Below, one piece after another: positions 1 through 13,664 of a stretch of DNA of 64,000 bases. A model generated the notes under the pieces. That model made no database searches, was not told where the DNA came from, and worked only from the letters and a program-made list of their open reading frames with translations. A program made the position numbers and the translations under genes. The DNA comes from Eledone cirrhosa (taxonomy: Eukaryota): assembly GCA_964016885.1 (NCBI GenBank), contig OZ024755.1:14136001-14200000 (forward strand), given 5' to 3'. Position 1 is the first letter of the stretch. Every line of letters starts with the position of its first letter.

Positions 1-43
1 ACAATATCCCAATAAAATGGTGTTCACACTAACATCACGCTTC

Positions 44-114
<71 letters not shown>

Positions 115-215
115 TATATATATACGCACACACACACACACACATATATATACACACACACACACACATATATATATATACACATATATATACACACACA
201 CACATATATATATAT
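44..215. repeat. Compound (TA)n/(CA)n microsatellite
   Basis: Seen directly. Confidence 0.95.
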
Positions 216-792
216 AAGTTTATTAAAACATACTAAAATATAAGCTTTCCCTTGAGAGATTTCATGAAATATTGGAGTAAGATAGCTAACAACTAAAACA
301 CCAAGAGAAATAGTGTATGTCTTGGTTGAACACTAACAAGAGCCTGTAAAAAAGGTCAGGAGGAATATAATACATTATAGATACATATTTAATTGCATGA
401 TAGATCTGCTTAATGGTATGGCAGACATGGGCATGCATTTAATGATGTGGTAGATATTGACACAGAAGGAGTGCGAGATTTGGGGTAAGTCTGTATGATT
501 GCAACAGAATAAACACCTCTAAAAACATCCAAAGGCCAAGAGGCAAGGTGAAATTTATCACCCAATAACAAGAACAGTTCTCTCTGACAAGGTTCCACAC
601 ACAGCTTTCTACAAAATTTTATTAACAAGGCCTTGGTTGAACCAAGTGTGCGGTAGAAGACATTTGCCCAAGAAACTAAAAACAACATTTAATTTTATCA
701 GTACATTGTAGGCATGTACATATGTCTAATAACCTGGTAAAGGGGCTGGGTGTGGGTGTGTGCATTTGAGAGAGAGAGAGAGATAGAAAGAG

Positions 793-1080
793 CACATACA
801 TTTAATGGCACAATAGATAGACAAACATTTAATGGGACTGTAGATATATATATAGATATACATTTAATGGGTTTTGTCAGATGTAATAGACTAGTGGTTA
901 TACAGGGACATACATTTAATGGTCTGTTATATATATAGATATTCGTTTAATGGGTCTGTAGATATACACGAGCAAACATTTAATGGGTTTGTAGATATAC
1001 ATGAATGTCCACGTATGTGGACATTCATGTGGACATACATTTAATGGAATGGTAAACACAGAACAAAGTTTAATGGGACA
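793..1080 (+). repeat. Degenerate minisatellite, ~8-9 units of 25-35 bp with a catttaatgg core
   Basis: catttaatgg or gtttaatgg recurring with gtagatata spacers. Confidence 0.75.
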
Positions 1081-2356
1081 CAGTCAATATAAACACAAAA
1101 TATTTATAAACATAGTTAAATATCACAAGAAAGAAAGACAAGTAAATAAACAATGGTGAGGTAAAATATATTACATACAATAAATACAGGTAGCAGGGTG
1201 GACAAAAACAACAAAGACAGGTATGAACAGTTAATTAATATTCAGGGATAGGTAGAAAAAGATAAAGAATATTTGGAAGAAAAGAAAAATGTTTGAAGAC
1301 ATTGACAAGAACCATTACTGTAAAAGAAAGAAGTGAAGAAACCTAAGATATTTATTTTAGATTTCTGTGCCGAAAGCCTAGATATTCTATGATAAATAAC
1401 ACAGCAATCTAATATAGTATATTGTTGGTTGAGACGAGGGAAATCTAGTATGGGAGGCAGTTAGAGTAGTAAAATTAAGACACTGCATATTGTTGTTGCA
1501 ACAAAAAGTTGACGTGAAGTTAAATATGATAAAAAAGGATGGCAAATTCTAGAAAATAACTTAAAATTCTCAATGAATGGAAATAAAAGATTAAATACTA
1601 AAATAGACTATTTTTTAACTCTTAACATCCTGTAATGATTGAACAGTAAATATCTAAAAATAGACTTATCAATTGAAATGTTTATGGTGTCTTTACTAGA
1701 AGACAGATCGTCATGAAAATTAGCAGAAAAACTAAAGTAAAGACTTTAATTTTTAATGTGATGCAATCATAATGTTGTTTCTTATTTTTCAAGAATGTCT
1801 TCCTAATCTGGTTTCTTCATGCAGTTTATTAATTCCAATGTTTATAGTATCTTTACTAGTGAACAGATCATCATGAAAATTTGCAGTAAACTAAAGTAAG
1901 ACTTTAAATTTTAATGCAATGCAATCATAAAACCATTTTGTATTTTTCTAGAATGTCTTGCTAATGCAATATTATGCAGTAGAGGATATTAAAAGTTAAA
2001 GAAAACAGATGAACAAGAGCACAAGCTATATTCTTTCTGGGCATAAAGAACTGAAGTTGATTTTTCTGGATGCAAATTAACTTTGATAACAAATTCAGCC
2101 AATGGCCAAGATAATAGATAAATAAATAAATAAAAACTATAAAATATATAAAATAAACTCATACAAAAGAAAATTTAAAACAAAAATGACACGAATAGAT
2201 GAATAAAACTAAAATGTTATGATCCGCTTTCGTGGAAAGTGCAGAATAAAATGGCGAAAAAATACACAGACAAATGTGTCATTATTAATTTATATTCCAA
2301 GAATTGTTGCTACACTAAGAAATGGTCAATAAACTTTCAGGGGGATATTAAGGACT

Positions 2357-2400
<44 letters not shown>

Positions 2401-3250
2401 TTACAAACATATTAAATAAATGTTTCTGTGAGTTTTAGAACTATACAAAGAGATTCTGACAATCAGAAAGAAAAAAACTACACAGAATCATATATACACA
2501 TATATATATATGTATATATCTTTCTATCTCTGATTCTATACAGGGGTGAGAGAGAAAGAACGAGAATACAGAGGGGACAGAGACGAAGCGGATTAAATAC
2601 ACAGAGAGATGAGAGAAATACAAGGAGAGAAATAAGGGATACAGCGAGATATAGAAATACCGATACAGATAGGCAGAAGATGAGGAAAGAAGAAGTAGCA
2701 AGTCAAAAAATAAATACAGCTGTTATTAATCATGTTGGTATTCAATATTGAAAATAAATATTCAACATGCATCCCCCCCACCTCACTCAATATTTCAGAA
2801 ATTTCCTCTTTTTTTTTTCACCTCCACCACTTTAAATACAAAATTTTTCTCCGTTTCCTGCTTACTTATTTCTAATTTATCATTTGTTAAAAAAGAATAT
2901 ACCTAAAATTGCCACCCTTGAAATACAAAGGATATCTGAAAAAAATATATATATTAAAAAAAAAAAATTAAATAAAACAACTGAGTATTTTAGAATGAAA
3001 AAGAAAAAGCAGGGGGTGGGGAGAAATCTAAAACAGATCACAGATGTTGAAAATAAAACAAAAAACATAACATAAAAGCATGCAATTACTGGTATCAATG
3101 GCTATATAGTAAATGTCTTGTCAGAAAGTTTCTGGTTTTGTTTTTGTTTTTTAAAAACAGTTATGTAATATGTATACATATATTTTGGCTCATGTATATA
3201 TGTGTGCATGCATGTTTATACATATATATATATGTAGATATGGGTATATG

Positions 3251-3291
<41 letters not shown>

Positions 3292-3747
3292 TTAGGCACA
3301 TGTATATATGTATGTGCATGCATGTTTATACAGACACAAGAACATATATATGTGTGTGTATGTTTAGATATTTATATAGTGTGTGTGTATACATACATAT
3401 AACTATATTATCTTCCATCAATATTAAATAGCACCTTTACAACAACCAGCACTGGCACCATCAGCGCTACCATCAACACCATCAGTACCACTAGTACTAG
3501 TTCTTCAGTCTATGACAATCTTCATAATGAAGAGAGAGAGAAACAGAGAGAGCGAGAGTAGGAAGGAGAGACAGAGAGTGGGAAGGAGAGAGAGCATGTG
3601 GGAAGGGAGAGAGAGCGTGGGAAGGGAGAGAGAGCGAGTGGAAAAGAGAGACAGAGAGAATGAGAAGGGGGAATGCAGAAAGGAAGAAGAAGAAGCAGAA
3701 GAAGAAGCAGAGGGGACCGGGGTGCTTCACTGAAAGTATTTTATTAC

Positions 3748-3811
3748 TCAAGGACAGCTCTGTCTTTGTTTCTCTAGACGTGATAAATTTGCGTATTCCT
3801 TTCGAAATGCC
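3748..3811 (-). CDS. ECT2: Candidate terminal coding exon of ECT2 ([20 protein letters not shown])
   Basis: Long polypyrimidine tract ttttactcttcttttatttccag; TGA at 3748-3750 followed by GTAATAAA (either a donor or an AATAAA signal). Confidence 0.55.
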
Positions 3812-6800
3812 CTGGAAATAAAAGAAGAGTAAAAATGAAATGTCTTTGGAAACTGTTTTCGTTCTTATTGAATGAAAAGAAAACAAGAAATTCAATTATG
3901 TGCAGCAAACATCTCCAAGACTCTTCTAAATATTTTCTTTTCTCCAAACACACACACACACACTAGTTAATCAATATATATTTCTGATATTGATGGAAAG
4001 GAAAAAAAATAGTGTATGTAGATATGTGTGTGTGTGTGTGTATATGTATGTGTGTGTGTATATGTGTTATATAGCTAGGATAATAAGATTGCGTGGTGAT
4101 ATGCTGTCCAAGAGACACGTCCATCTTATGCTGGTGACTATACAGAAGATAAAGAGTCTAAAGTTTCTATGTGTAAATAATAAGAGAAAATTCTTTCTCA
4201 AGTTTAGAAAAGTTGTCTTTGTCTCGGAAAAAAAAAAAATCAATGTCTTCATCATTGTTGAATTGAAGATCTGCATTTACTGAACAGAATGAGATTTTGG
4301 TCCCTCAGTTAAACATTTCGGAAGTTTGTATACTCCCAGGTATACAAAGAAGTATATGGAAAGATGTAAGTGAAGAATCATCCAATAGGTAAAAAGAAAG
4401 CTGATCATCAGATCAGACCAAAGATACTATATGTTTCCATTGGTCTTTCTATTGCTGATGCTATCTACCAGTCACAACTCCTAGCAGGAGGCAGGACCTC
4501 AGCTCAGAACTCGCACAGCTCGAACAGACATTGGAAAGCATCATGCCTGATGTTTTAGCAATTCTGCTAATTTTCCTTGTTCTACACTGGAACTTTGTTT
4601 ATCGAAGTCAAAAGAGTGAAAGGCAAAGTTGACTTCAACAAGATTTGAACTCAGAGCACAGAAAAGGCTGGAACAAATGCCAACACATTTAATCTAACAA
4701 AACAACTATGTTGAGGGATAAGACAGCAAATAAGGGTACAAGACATAAAACATATATTAAGAAGAGAAATATGAAAGCTGGCAGGGCATGAGATGTAGCA
4801 TGAACATGACAGAATGGAGAGGAAACAAAAGGTGGGTAGGGGATTACAAAGACAAAGATGACGTAGGACAAAATAGTGAGAAGAGGTGAGGTTGATAAAT
4901 GTGTGGACATTACATGGATGAGAGAGGCACAGGTAAAGCTAGCACAGTTGAAGAAGGCAGAGGAAAGAAATAGGTGAAGTTGATAAGTTTGTGGACATTA
5001 CATACATGAGAGTGGGACACAACATTAGAACCCATCTAATACATGCAAGCATGGAAAATAAATATTAAATAGTGATGATGACATTTTATGCATGCGCATA
5101 TACACACACATCTCTAACCCTTGCTAGGAAGGAAAACTGACATTAAACGATCACACACACATATACATACACACAAAAGGCTTCAGCATAACAGGTTCTG
5201 TTTACTGAATTTCACTAACAAGACATTGGTTTCAGTCTGAGGCTATAGTGGGAAACACTTGATCCTGACCCTGGTGCCACACAGTGGTGCAGGAGGGGGG
5301 GAGGACACGACACCATGTGGTTGTAAAGCTAACTTAACTTCTTAGCCACACTGCCAATATAAGGAGACAAACCAAGATGACTACACTACAAACAGCAATA
5401 AACCATTTCATGTAATGAAGAATTAAATTATTCATGATAAAACCTCAGATTGTTGTGGGTGTTTTTTTTTAATACTTTCTCACACACAAAAAAAAATAAT
5501 AAATGATGATAATAATTAACAGAATTATATTTTTTGTTTACAAATAGACGTAACATCTAGAAGACTTTATCAGCTGTGCAGTTCTTGTTTTCTCCATAAT
5601 TCTAGAAGATATAGCCGAAGTTATAATGAATTTGTTAATTATTCATAGTCTCTCATATTTTCTTTATGGCCAAAAATTAATTGAGAGTATACACACACCC
5701 ACCCACACATACATATATATTATACACATACATATTTTATATACATATATATATATATAACGGCGATGAATTAGTTTTGCGAGGTTTTTTATATGAAATC
5801 ATGTGTCGAAACAAATATTGATAAACTATATATATGTGTTTGTGTCTATATTGTATCTGTATTATTTTTGACCGTTGGTCAGTCAATGGCAACATTGAGG
5901 ACCGAATAAATTAGATTACCGATATAAAAGACACAGAAGCGAAAACCAACCAAACAGTGAGTGTGTTCTGTTATTAATTCTGGCAATATTACACAAATAT
6001 GACCCTCCCCAAGTATAACAATATATATATATATATATAATCATTAGCCTCGCTTTTACGTCGACTTTTCCATACTGGCAAGGGTTTGACAGGACATTTT
6101 GGGGCAATATTTTACAGCTGGATACCCTTCCTGACACAAACCCCTTTAGTCACTTCTTGTAACACACATGGATATGGAGTACCCATTCTAAACAAGATAT
6201 ACACAAATATAGACACAGCTATGGATATGTGGTTCTGAAGCTCACTTCCCAGCCACAGGATTTAGACGGGTTGGTAACTAAAGGGTTAATAAAAATAGAT
6301 GCAGTTCTATAATGTTGCAGTATTAGGAGGTTTGGATTTGAACTCAAAGTGAGCAGAGAACTGAAACAAACACAACAGAACATTTAATCCTACGCTCTAG
6401 CAATTATTCTTAATTAGTCTCCTCAATAACCACTACTGCTGCCATGACCAACCAGTTTCATTCATTTTATTCTAATATTAGCTACAAGCTAAATAGTAAC
6501 AGCCACCTTTATCCCCTTATTTCAACCACACCACCACTCAGCCATAACTCACATTATTAGAGAATGTAATTCACATAAAAGTCAACTACAGGCATTCAAA
6601 AGTTGATAATCTTTTTAACCCTTTTGTTATTATATTTCTAATGAAAAACACTGACTGTGATTTTCAAATAAATTTGAAAATAATAAAGTATTTGGAGACA
6701 TTTAGTGAAATAACAAGCTTTCTCATGATTCAGCTGGTGTTTGGAAGATAACTTAACAAAGGTTCTATGAAATTATGGCGGAGGGTTTTCAGATAAATAT

Positions 6801-9800
6801 AAACACTTTAAAATAAACAGTTCTTTATTTAAAAACAGGAGAGGGTCAGGTGGTTTGGTACCAAAAGGGTTAAATATATTTAAAATTGAATATGAAACAG
6901 AAAAAAAATAAAACAAAAATAAAATAATAGTATTCTCGTCAAACCAATAACAGTGGAGAATATCTGTCATCCTAGACCCTCACCCAAACAACCTCCCTAC
7001 TTAGTTCAATCAGAGTGAAGATGGTCATCTGCAGGAACGAGTACCACAAAGTTGACTCTCCCAAACCACCTCCTTACTCTGTTCTATTGGGATGGATGTG
7101 GTGGTTACCTCCAAAATCAAGCCCTAACATAATGGACTTTCAGCGAATTTTCATTGACATCCTCTAGCATAATTCATTCACCAATTTGTCCACCAAGACC
7201 ACAAAATATTTGCATGACACACTGTGATTTGCTTTGATTATATTCATGGAATGAAATTTTTCAGTAATTACACTAACTAAATCAAAAAGAAAATCAACAA
7301 ATATTTTAAAATAGAGATAATATTTCATGTGTATATGAACACAAAAAGCTTGATAACATCTTGAGAAGAAAGACCAATATCATCACCACCATCATCAGCA
7401 GCAGCAGTCAGTCAATAGACCCCAATAATGAGAATAGTCGCTTGGGTGAGGGGCAGAAGGTGGGGGGAGATGTAAGAATTCTATTTCACCTCACATCTGA
7501 TCTGTACTGATCAATTTTGATAAGTTATGCTGCTACCTCACGCAATATTTGCCAGGAATGAAATTTGAAAAACAAACAAACAAATAAATACATAAATAAA
7601 TAAAAGACAAAGAAACAAAAACAAAACAAAGAAACAAAGAATAACCAGAAAATTTGATCACATGGAAATTCTGTTAATTTTCAGTTATTTAGAGAAATAC
7701 TAGTTATATATTGATCCAAGGAATGATAGCAGCAGCAGCAACAGTAGTGTGATTGAGATCAAATGTGAAACATATTGGAACTGAAAACCATTACACTAAC
7801 CAACCTTTGCCTCTCAGAAACGTTATTATAAACTACATCATCAACATTACCATCAACTACATGAATCACCAACAACATCAACCCCATCACCAGCAAATCA
7901 GGATCATCATCATCGTCATCATCACTACCTTTGCATTCGGGTTTCAAATCCTGCAGTGGCCTACTTGGATGGTTGACTCAAACCAGTTATGGTTTTCTGA
8001 ATGGCTTGCCTAATTTCGAAATTAGCCTTGAATTTTTTTAGTTGTTTCCCACCTTACGATGAGCCACATCCAACATAGCCCACTGCTTATAAAATGTTGC
8101 CTGACTTAAACCATCACCTCGTTTAACACCACCACCTGGCCCATAGGTGCCTTTAGCAGAGACCACTCTGTTGTAAGTACTCAATTTAGATATCTAGTTT
8201 TAAAATATTCCCTTCCCTCCTCGCCCCACAAATCCTAGAGGCCCTAAAATGAGTCATGGGTACTGCCCTTCCCTCCTTGACTAATGAGTAAAACAGAATA
8301 AATTTAGACATAACTTCAAAGGGTCTCTCTCTCAAAACAAAAAAAAATAGATTGTATGATGCCAGCATATGAAATGTGATGTTGCATGGTAGTGACAGAA
8401 TTGCAGAGAATACAGAGGATATGCAGAGGCTTGGAGAGAAATAAATGGAATACGCTCCAATGGCAGTGCAATATTGGTGTGCATGAATGACATAGCTCAG
8501 ATGTGTTCGAGAGAAGAAAAAAAACTAGACATAAGAGGAATTAGATGTGATGTGCAAGAGAGAAGATTATGCTGGTATGGGGATGGGATGCGCAGAAATG
8601 ATGATCATTATGTGAAATAAGTGTCAAGAGTTCTCAGTGGAAGGAAGCTGCAGAAGAAAACCAAGAAAAAAAACTGGTCAGATATAGTGGAAGCTGACTT
8701 TAGAAAGCTAAACCTCACAGAGGTTATGACGAAGGAACACAAATAGAAGGAAGCTATGCTGGAGAAGACTGCCATCCAACCCATGCAGGGATAGAAAAAC
8801 AGATGTAAAAATGACAATATTTCGAAAACCTCTTATATCATTTCCTACTTTCAAATATTTTTCATACAGTTATCTAAATAACAAAAAAATAAATAATAAA
8901 ATAAAATAAAATAAAATAAAATAAAATAGAATTTCTCCTTGTCAATACTTTATATTTCATTATCTGTAAAATGAGAAATAGCAACAGAAGAGTGAAAAAT
9001 GAAAAGGTAACCAACTAAAGGTGACATTTCATTTAAGCAAACATACTCAATCATCTCTCTGAAACCAAACAGTTCTTCTAAAAGAAACAGGTAAATAATT
9101 ATCCTTCATATAGCTAGGAGAGTATCTTGGATAAAAAATAAAAAAAAACATGAAATGATAGTGTGTTGAAGTGACATCATATTGGCAACAGAATATACAA
9201 GTAAAAACTACTGAAATAGAAGTCTTCAACTTTGATGTAAACACCAAATGCAGCATCCCGTTATTACCACCACCACCATCATCATCATCAATAACATTAC
9301 CATCACCATCATTACCAATAATATCCTCATCATCATTCACAACAATACCCTCACCACCATCATTATCAACAGTATTGTCATCATCACAATCATTATCAAT
9401 AATATTACCACCATCATCATCAACAATATCATCATCACCATCATCAACAATATTATCATCTTTCTCTTCCTTATTAACATCATCAATATTGTCACTGACA
9501 CTGTCATCATCACCATTAATAACATCATTATCATCAGCAATATCAACAACATCAATTTAATGTATTTTCATGCGGATATTCAAAGATACTCACTAGAGAT
9601 TGAGGAGGAGTCTAGCAGTGGTCAGATTGGTATGAATTGAATCAGATAAAATATGTGGAGTATGTTTAGTGAACCATGAGGGAACACACAATCTAACATT
9701 AATTCTTTCGTGACTGCATTTCTAATGAAATACACTCTTATTTCAATTAATTAATGAAAATATTTTCCTTAAATTATTAATTATTTCATTATTAAGATAG

Positions 9801-11765
9801 TAATTATGTTAGAATTTTAATTTAAATGGGAAACCTTTAAAATGGGTGGTTTTATTTCATAGAACCAGAGCCAGTTTTGGCCTGGTGGGTAACAAAGGGG
9901 TTAACCTTTTTGAAACTGGCTGCCTGTTTTATTTTAACTCTTAATGTCCTGTACTACATGAAGCTGATACAAAACAGCACCATGCATCAAATTAAAAATT
10001 GAAGTCTTTGGTCAAATACTGCAATTTTTCACAATGATCTGTCCTTAGATATTTTCTGCTAAATCATTTCAAGACATTAAGTGTTAAATTATTCCTAACC
10101 TTATATCAGTTATATAAAAACCAGTTACTATATTTCTGAGGAAAGACACTGTCTAATGAATTTCAAATCGTTTAAAAAATAATTGAGAATTTGGAGAGGA
10201 ACATAAAATAGCAAAGATTTTTATAAAAAAAATATGATGGAAGCTTTGTAGATAAATATAAATACTTTAAACTAAACAGATTTGTATCATCAAACAAAAG
10301 CCGGTTTCAGGCAGTTTGAAATCAAAAAGGTTATATTTCAAACGTTAATCTAATAATGTAAAAGTTAGTTATTTTACTAAATCCTGTCAAATCTTTGAAA
10401 ATTAATTGAAACCCAAGCTAAAATGGCTAAGAGTCAAAAACTTCTTTAACAGAACTTTAATAAAATGTTGATTTTCCACCTCTTCATATCAAACCAACTC
10501 TAAAATACTCCACCTATTATATGTCATATTCAAATTTACCAATCTGTACACTATTTCTAATTAGAGGTGACAATTTTCTAAACTTTAAAGTATTTCTCCT
10601 TTCCAATATACTGTACAGCAATATGGGTTCCAAAGATCCAATCCTACTGGTGTCTATTTCTTCTATTATTATAAACACCAAAGATCCCTTAGCAAAAGAA
10701 AAATGAAACTTTTATTGTGATTTAGCATAGATGTCTTCCTCACAAACATGGACTAACATATTAATCATTTGATAAGGACAATTTTCTCAGACTTCCCCCT
10801 ATGTATTTTATTATATATAGCTGAAAAACTATACTGTGACTGGAGTCATGCTTAAACAGTTAAGCCACTGAAATAGCTTCAGACAAAATAAAATAACATA
10901 TCACTCACCACCCCATGTACTGAGTTTTGTTTCACCTGTTTGCTCAGCCAAACCTAGACACACAGACACACAAGAAACTTTTACCATCTTTCAGCTAAAT
11001 AGCTCTCTCATTTGTCAACCACTTTCAAATAATTTCAAAACCATTTTCTCCTTTACATCAATCAGCCTCTCAATCAGTTGTAGTCACTAACTTCAGTAAG
11101 GAAGACATGAAAATATTATTTGCCAAGTTTCTCTTTCCTACCAACACAAAGTAGTGTTTATTCACAAATTTAACAACCAGTTATTACAATTTAAACACAG
11201 CACCATCAGACATAAATAGTAAAACAAGACATCCACAACACTCAAACACACACAGAACCATCAGACATAGACAGAACCATCAAGCATACACAGAACGTTA
11301 GACACACACAGCACTATCAGATACACAACACAACCAGACATACACAGCACTCTATAGTTATTACCCTCACATACACCAAATTTATATACATACATATATA
11401 TATAAATGTAATCTGAGTTTTTCGAATATTAGCCAGTCTGCTAATATGCAAATCAGGTCAATCAGTTACTGTGTATTTTTGAAAATAGCATATATTTTCA
11501 CTAGCTTTGACAGTTTGGCAGGTGAACAGTGAGCTGTACTGATGAAGGGTGATACCCAGAAACATTAGTGTCTGCAGTTCTGTTCGCATGCCAACATAAG
11601 AGCAAGAATGAAGTGTTCATTCTACTGACATGGCTATAAAATTGAGGCTTGTTTGCATAATTGCAAACGAATCGAATGTTGTTATTAATATTCGAAAAAC
11701 TCAGATTACATTTATTGTATTCAGCCATTTAGAGCGAAATTTTCTTTTTTTTGTATATATGTATA

Positions 11766-11803
<38 letters not shown>

Positions 11804-11997
11804 AGAAAAAAACAAGGAAGTTTCGTTTACATGTATAAGATATTTATTGTGTAAATGCGCATAACAGGTCGATACACAATACATATCTTATACATATAAA
11901 CAAAACTTCCTTGTTTTTTTTCTAATATATACACTCTGCCAGTGCATAGAGTGCTTGCTTTGGTACAAACACCAGTAATTTACTGAATCACATACAC

Positions 11998-12030
<33 letters not shown>

Positions 12031-13603
12031 CAGTCGAGCATTCAATGCCAATGTGGTATTTTACATTTGGTATTGCACTGTAGTCAGTATCCTTAAGAAG
12101 CAGTGTTAATAATAATAATAAAACATTATTATTATTATTATTACATATATCTATGCATACATACTGAGTCAGGTAACAGAAACCTTAAGGACATCCTTAA
12201 GTGTGGATATGACAACAATCTACATCAACAGCAACATCATATATCAAGGAAAGTCTTGTATTATACAATCTCTCTTGTGATTCTCCAGTATAACTCTATT
12301 GGATCTTATTGTCATATGTAATCTCAGCTGGAAATACCATATATATAACATATATACACAACAGATTCATTATACTTTCACCCTTGGATGGATCATCAGA
12401 AGTTGGGATCAATTTAATCAACTTATTATTTTTATTATCATTACTATTATTATTATTATTATTTTTTTACGGGGTTGATAAAATAAAGTACCAGTAACGC
12501 ACTGCAGTGAATTTAATATACTTTCCCCTTCTCTGCAAATTGCTGGCCTTGTGCCAAATGTAGAAACAATTATTATTATAACAGTCAACTAACAGAATCA
12601 TTAGAGCATTGGAAAACATGCTTTAATGTATTTGTTCTAGTTCTTTAAATTCCGAGACCTAATCTCATAGAGATCAACTTTGCTATTCATCATTTTAGGA
12701 TCAATAGAATAAAATACCAGTCAACTACTGAGAGGGGGGGGGGGGGTCTATATAGTCAACTTTCCTTTGCCTTCAAATTACTGGCTTTTTGCCTAAATTA
12801 GGAACCAATATTATTACCAGCATTATTACTATACCCCCTCACCTAGCCACACCATATATAATTCTACCCAAATGAGCTTCTGAAATGGGGTGACTGGTTG
12901 AAAATCTGCCAGTGGAGAATATGTTGGATGGCTGAATGCCAGACGGGTAGGTAGGTAGGTAGGTAGATTAGAAGAGTAAGAGAGTGAGAGAGGTGGGGGA
13001 AGATGGCTATGCTATATCATTCTGTGGTGAATGGATGATGCTCCAAGTGATTTTTCATTGATGAAACCAGTAAATGGATCAGTAATAGAGAAGTTGGGGT
13101 GAGGAGGAAAGAGAGATATTTGCTAGCTATGAAACAAGAGCTGGAAAGTTGCCATAAAATGCAAGTCTGTAGTGTTTTAGTCTCTGTCTCTCTAGTACTT
13201 CACTGATGATGCTCACAGTAATATTAAAAAAAAGAAAAAGGTAGGCTTTCACCAAGGAGATTAATGTAGACATACAGATATACAGGCATAACATTTGTTG
13301 TTGATATACACGGACAGAGAATGACAGAGATGTTTGTTCAGTTTCACCAAACATAGATATTAAATATGTTAACTACGATATTCACTACCCTATCCCCCAC
13401 CTTCTCTCTCTCTTTCATCATGTGTTAGTATTCAAGCTAATTCTTTCTGTATCTCTTTAACACCTGTAAGACAAAATAACTACCACTATAGACATTTGTG
13501 TGTGGATGTATGTTCTTTGCAGCTTGCATATGAATTCAATTGTTCTTCCTATACACATCTCTATACATTCTCATTCTCTCTAAGATATATCCTATCAACA
13601 GCA

Positions 13604-13664
<61 letters not shown>

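Noticed and set aside
4075-4370. Complex-looking segment with ORFs on both strands
   Set aside because: No recognisable domain and no splice sites consistent with the ECT2 frame.
12365-12410. Minus-strand CTGATGA tccatccaagggt GAAA gtataatg; similar remnant at ~50213-50245 (+)
   Set aside because: No valid stem III, NUH triplet or stem I; at best decayed hammerhead relics.
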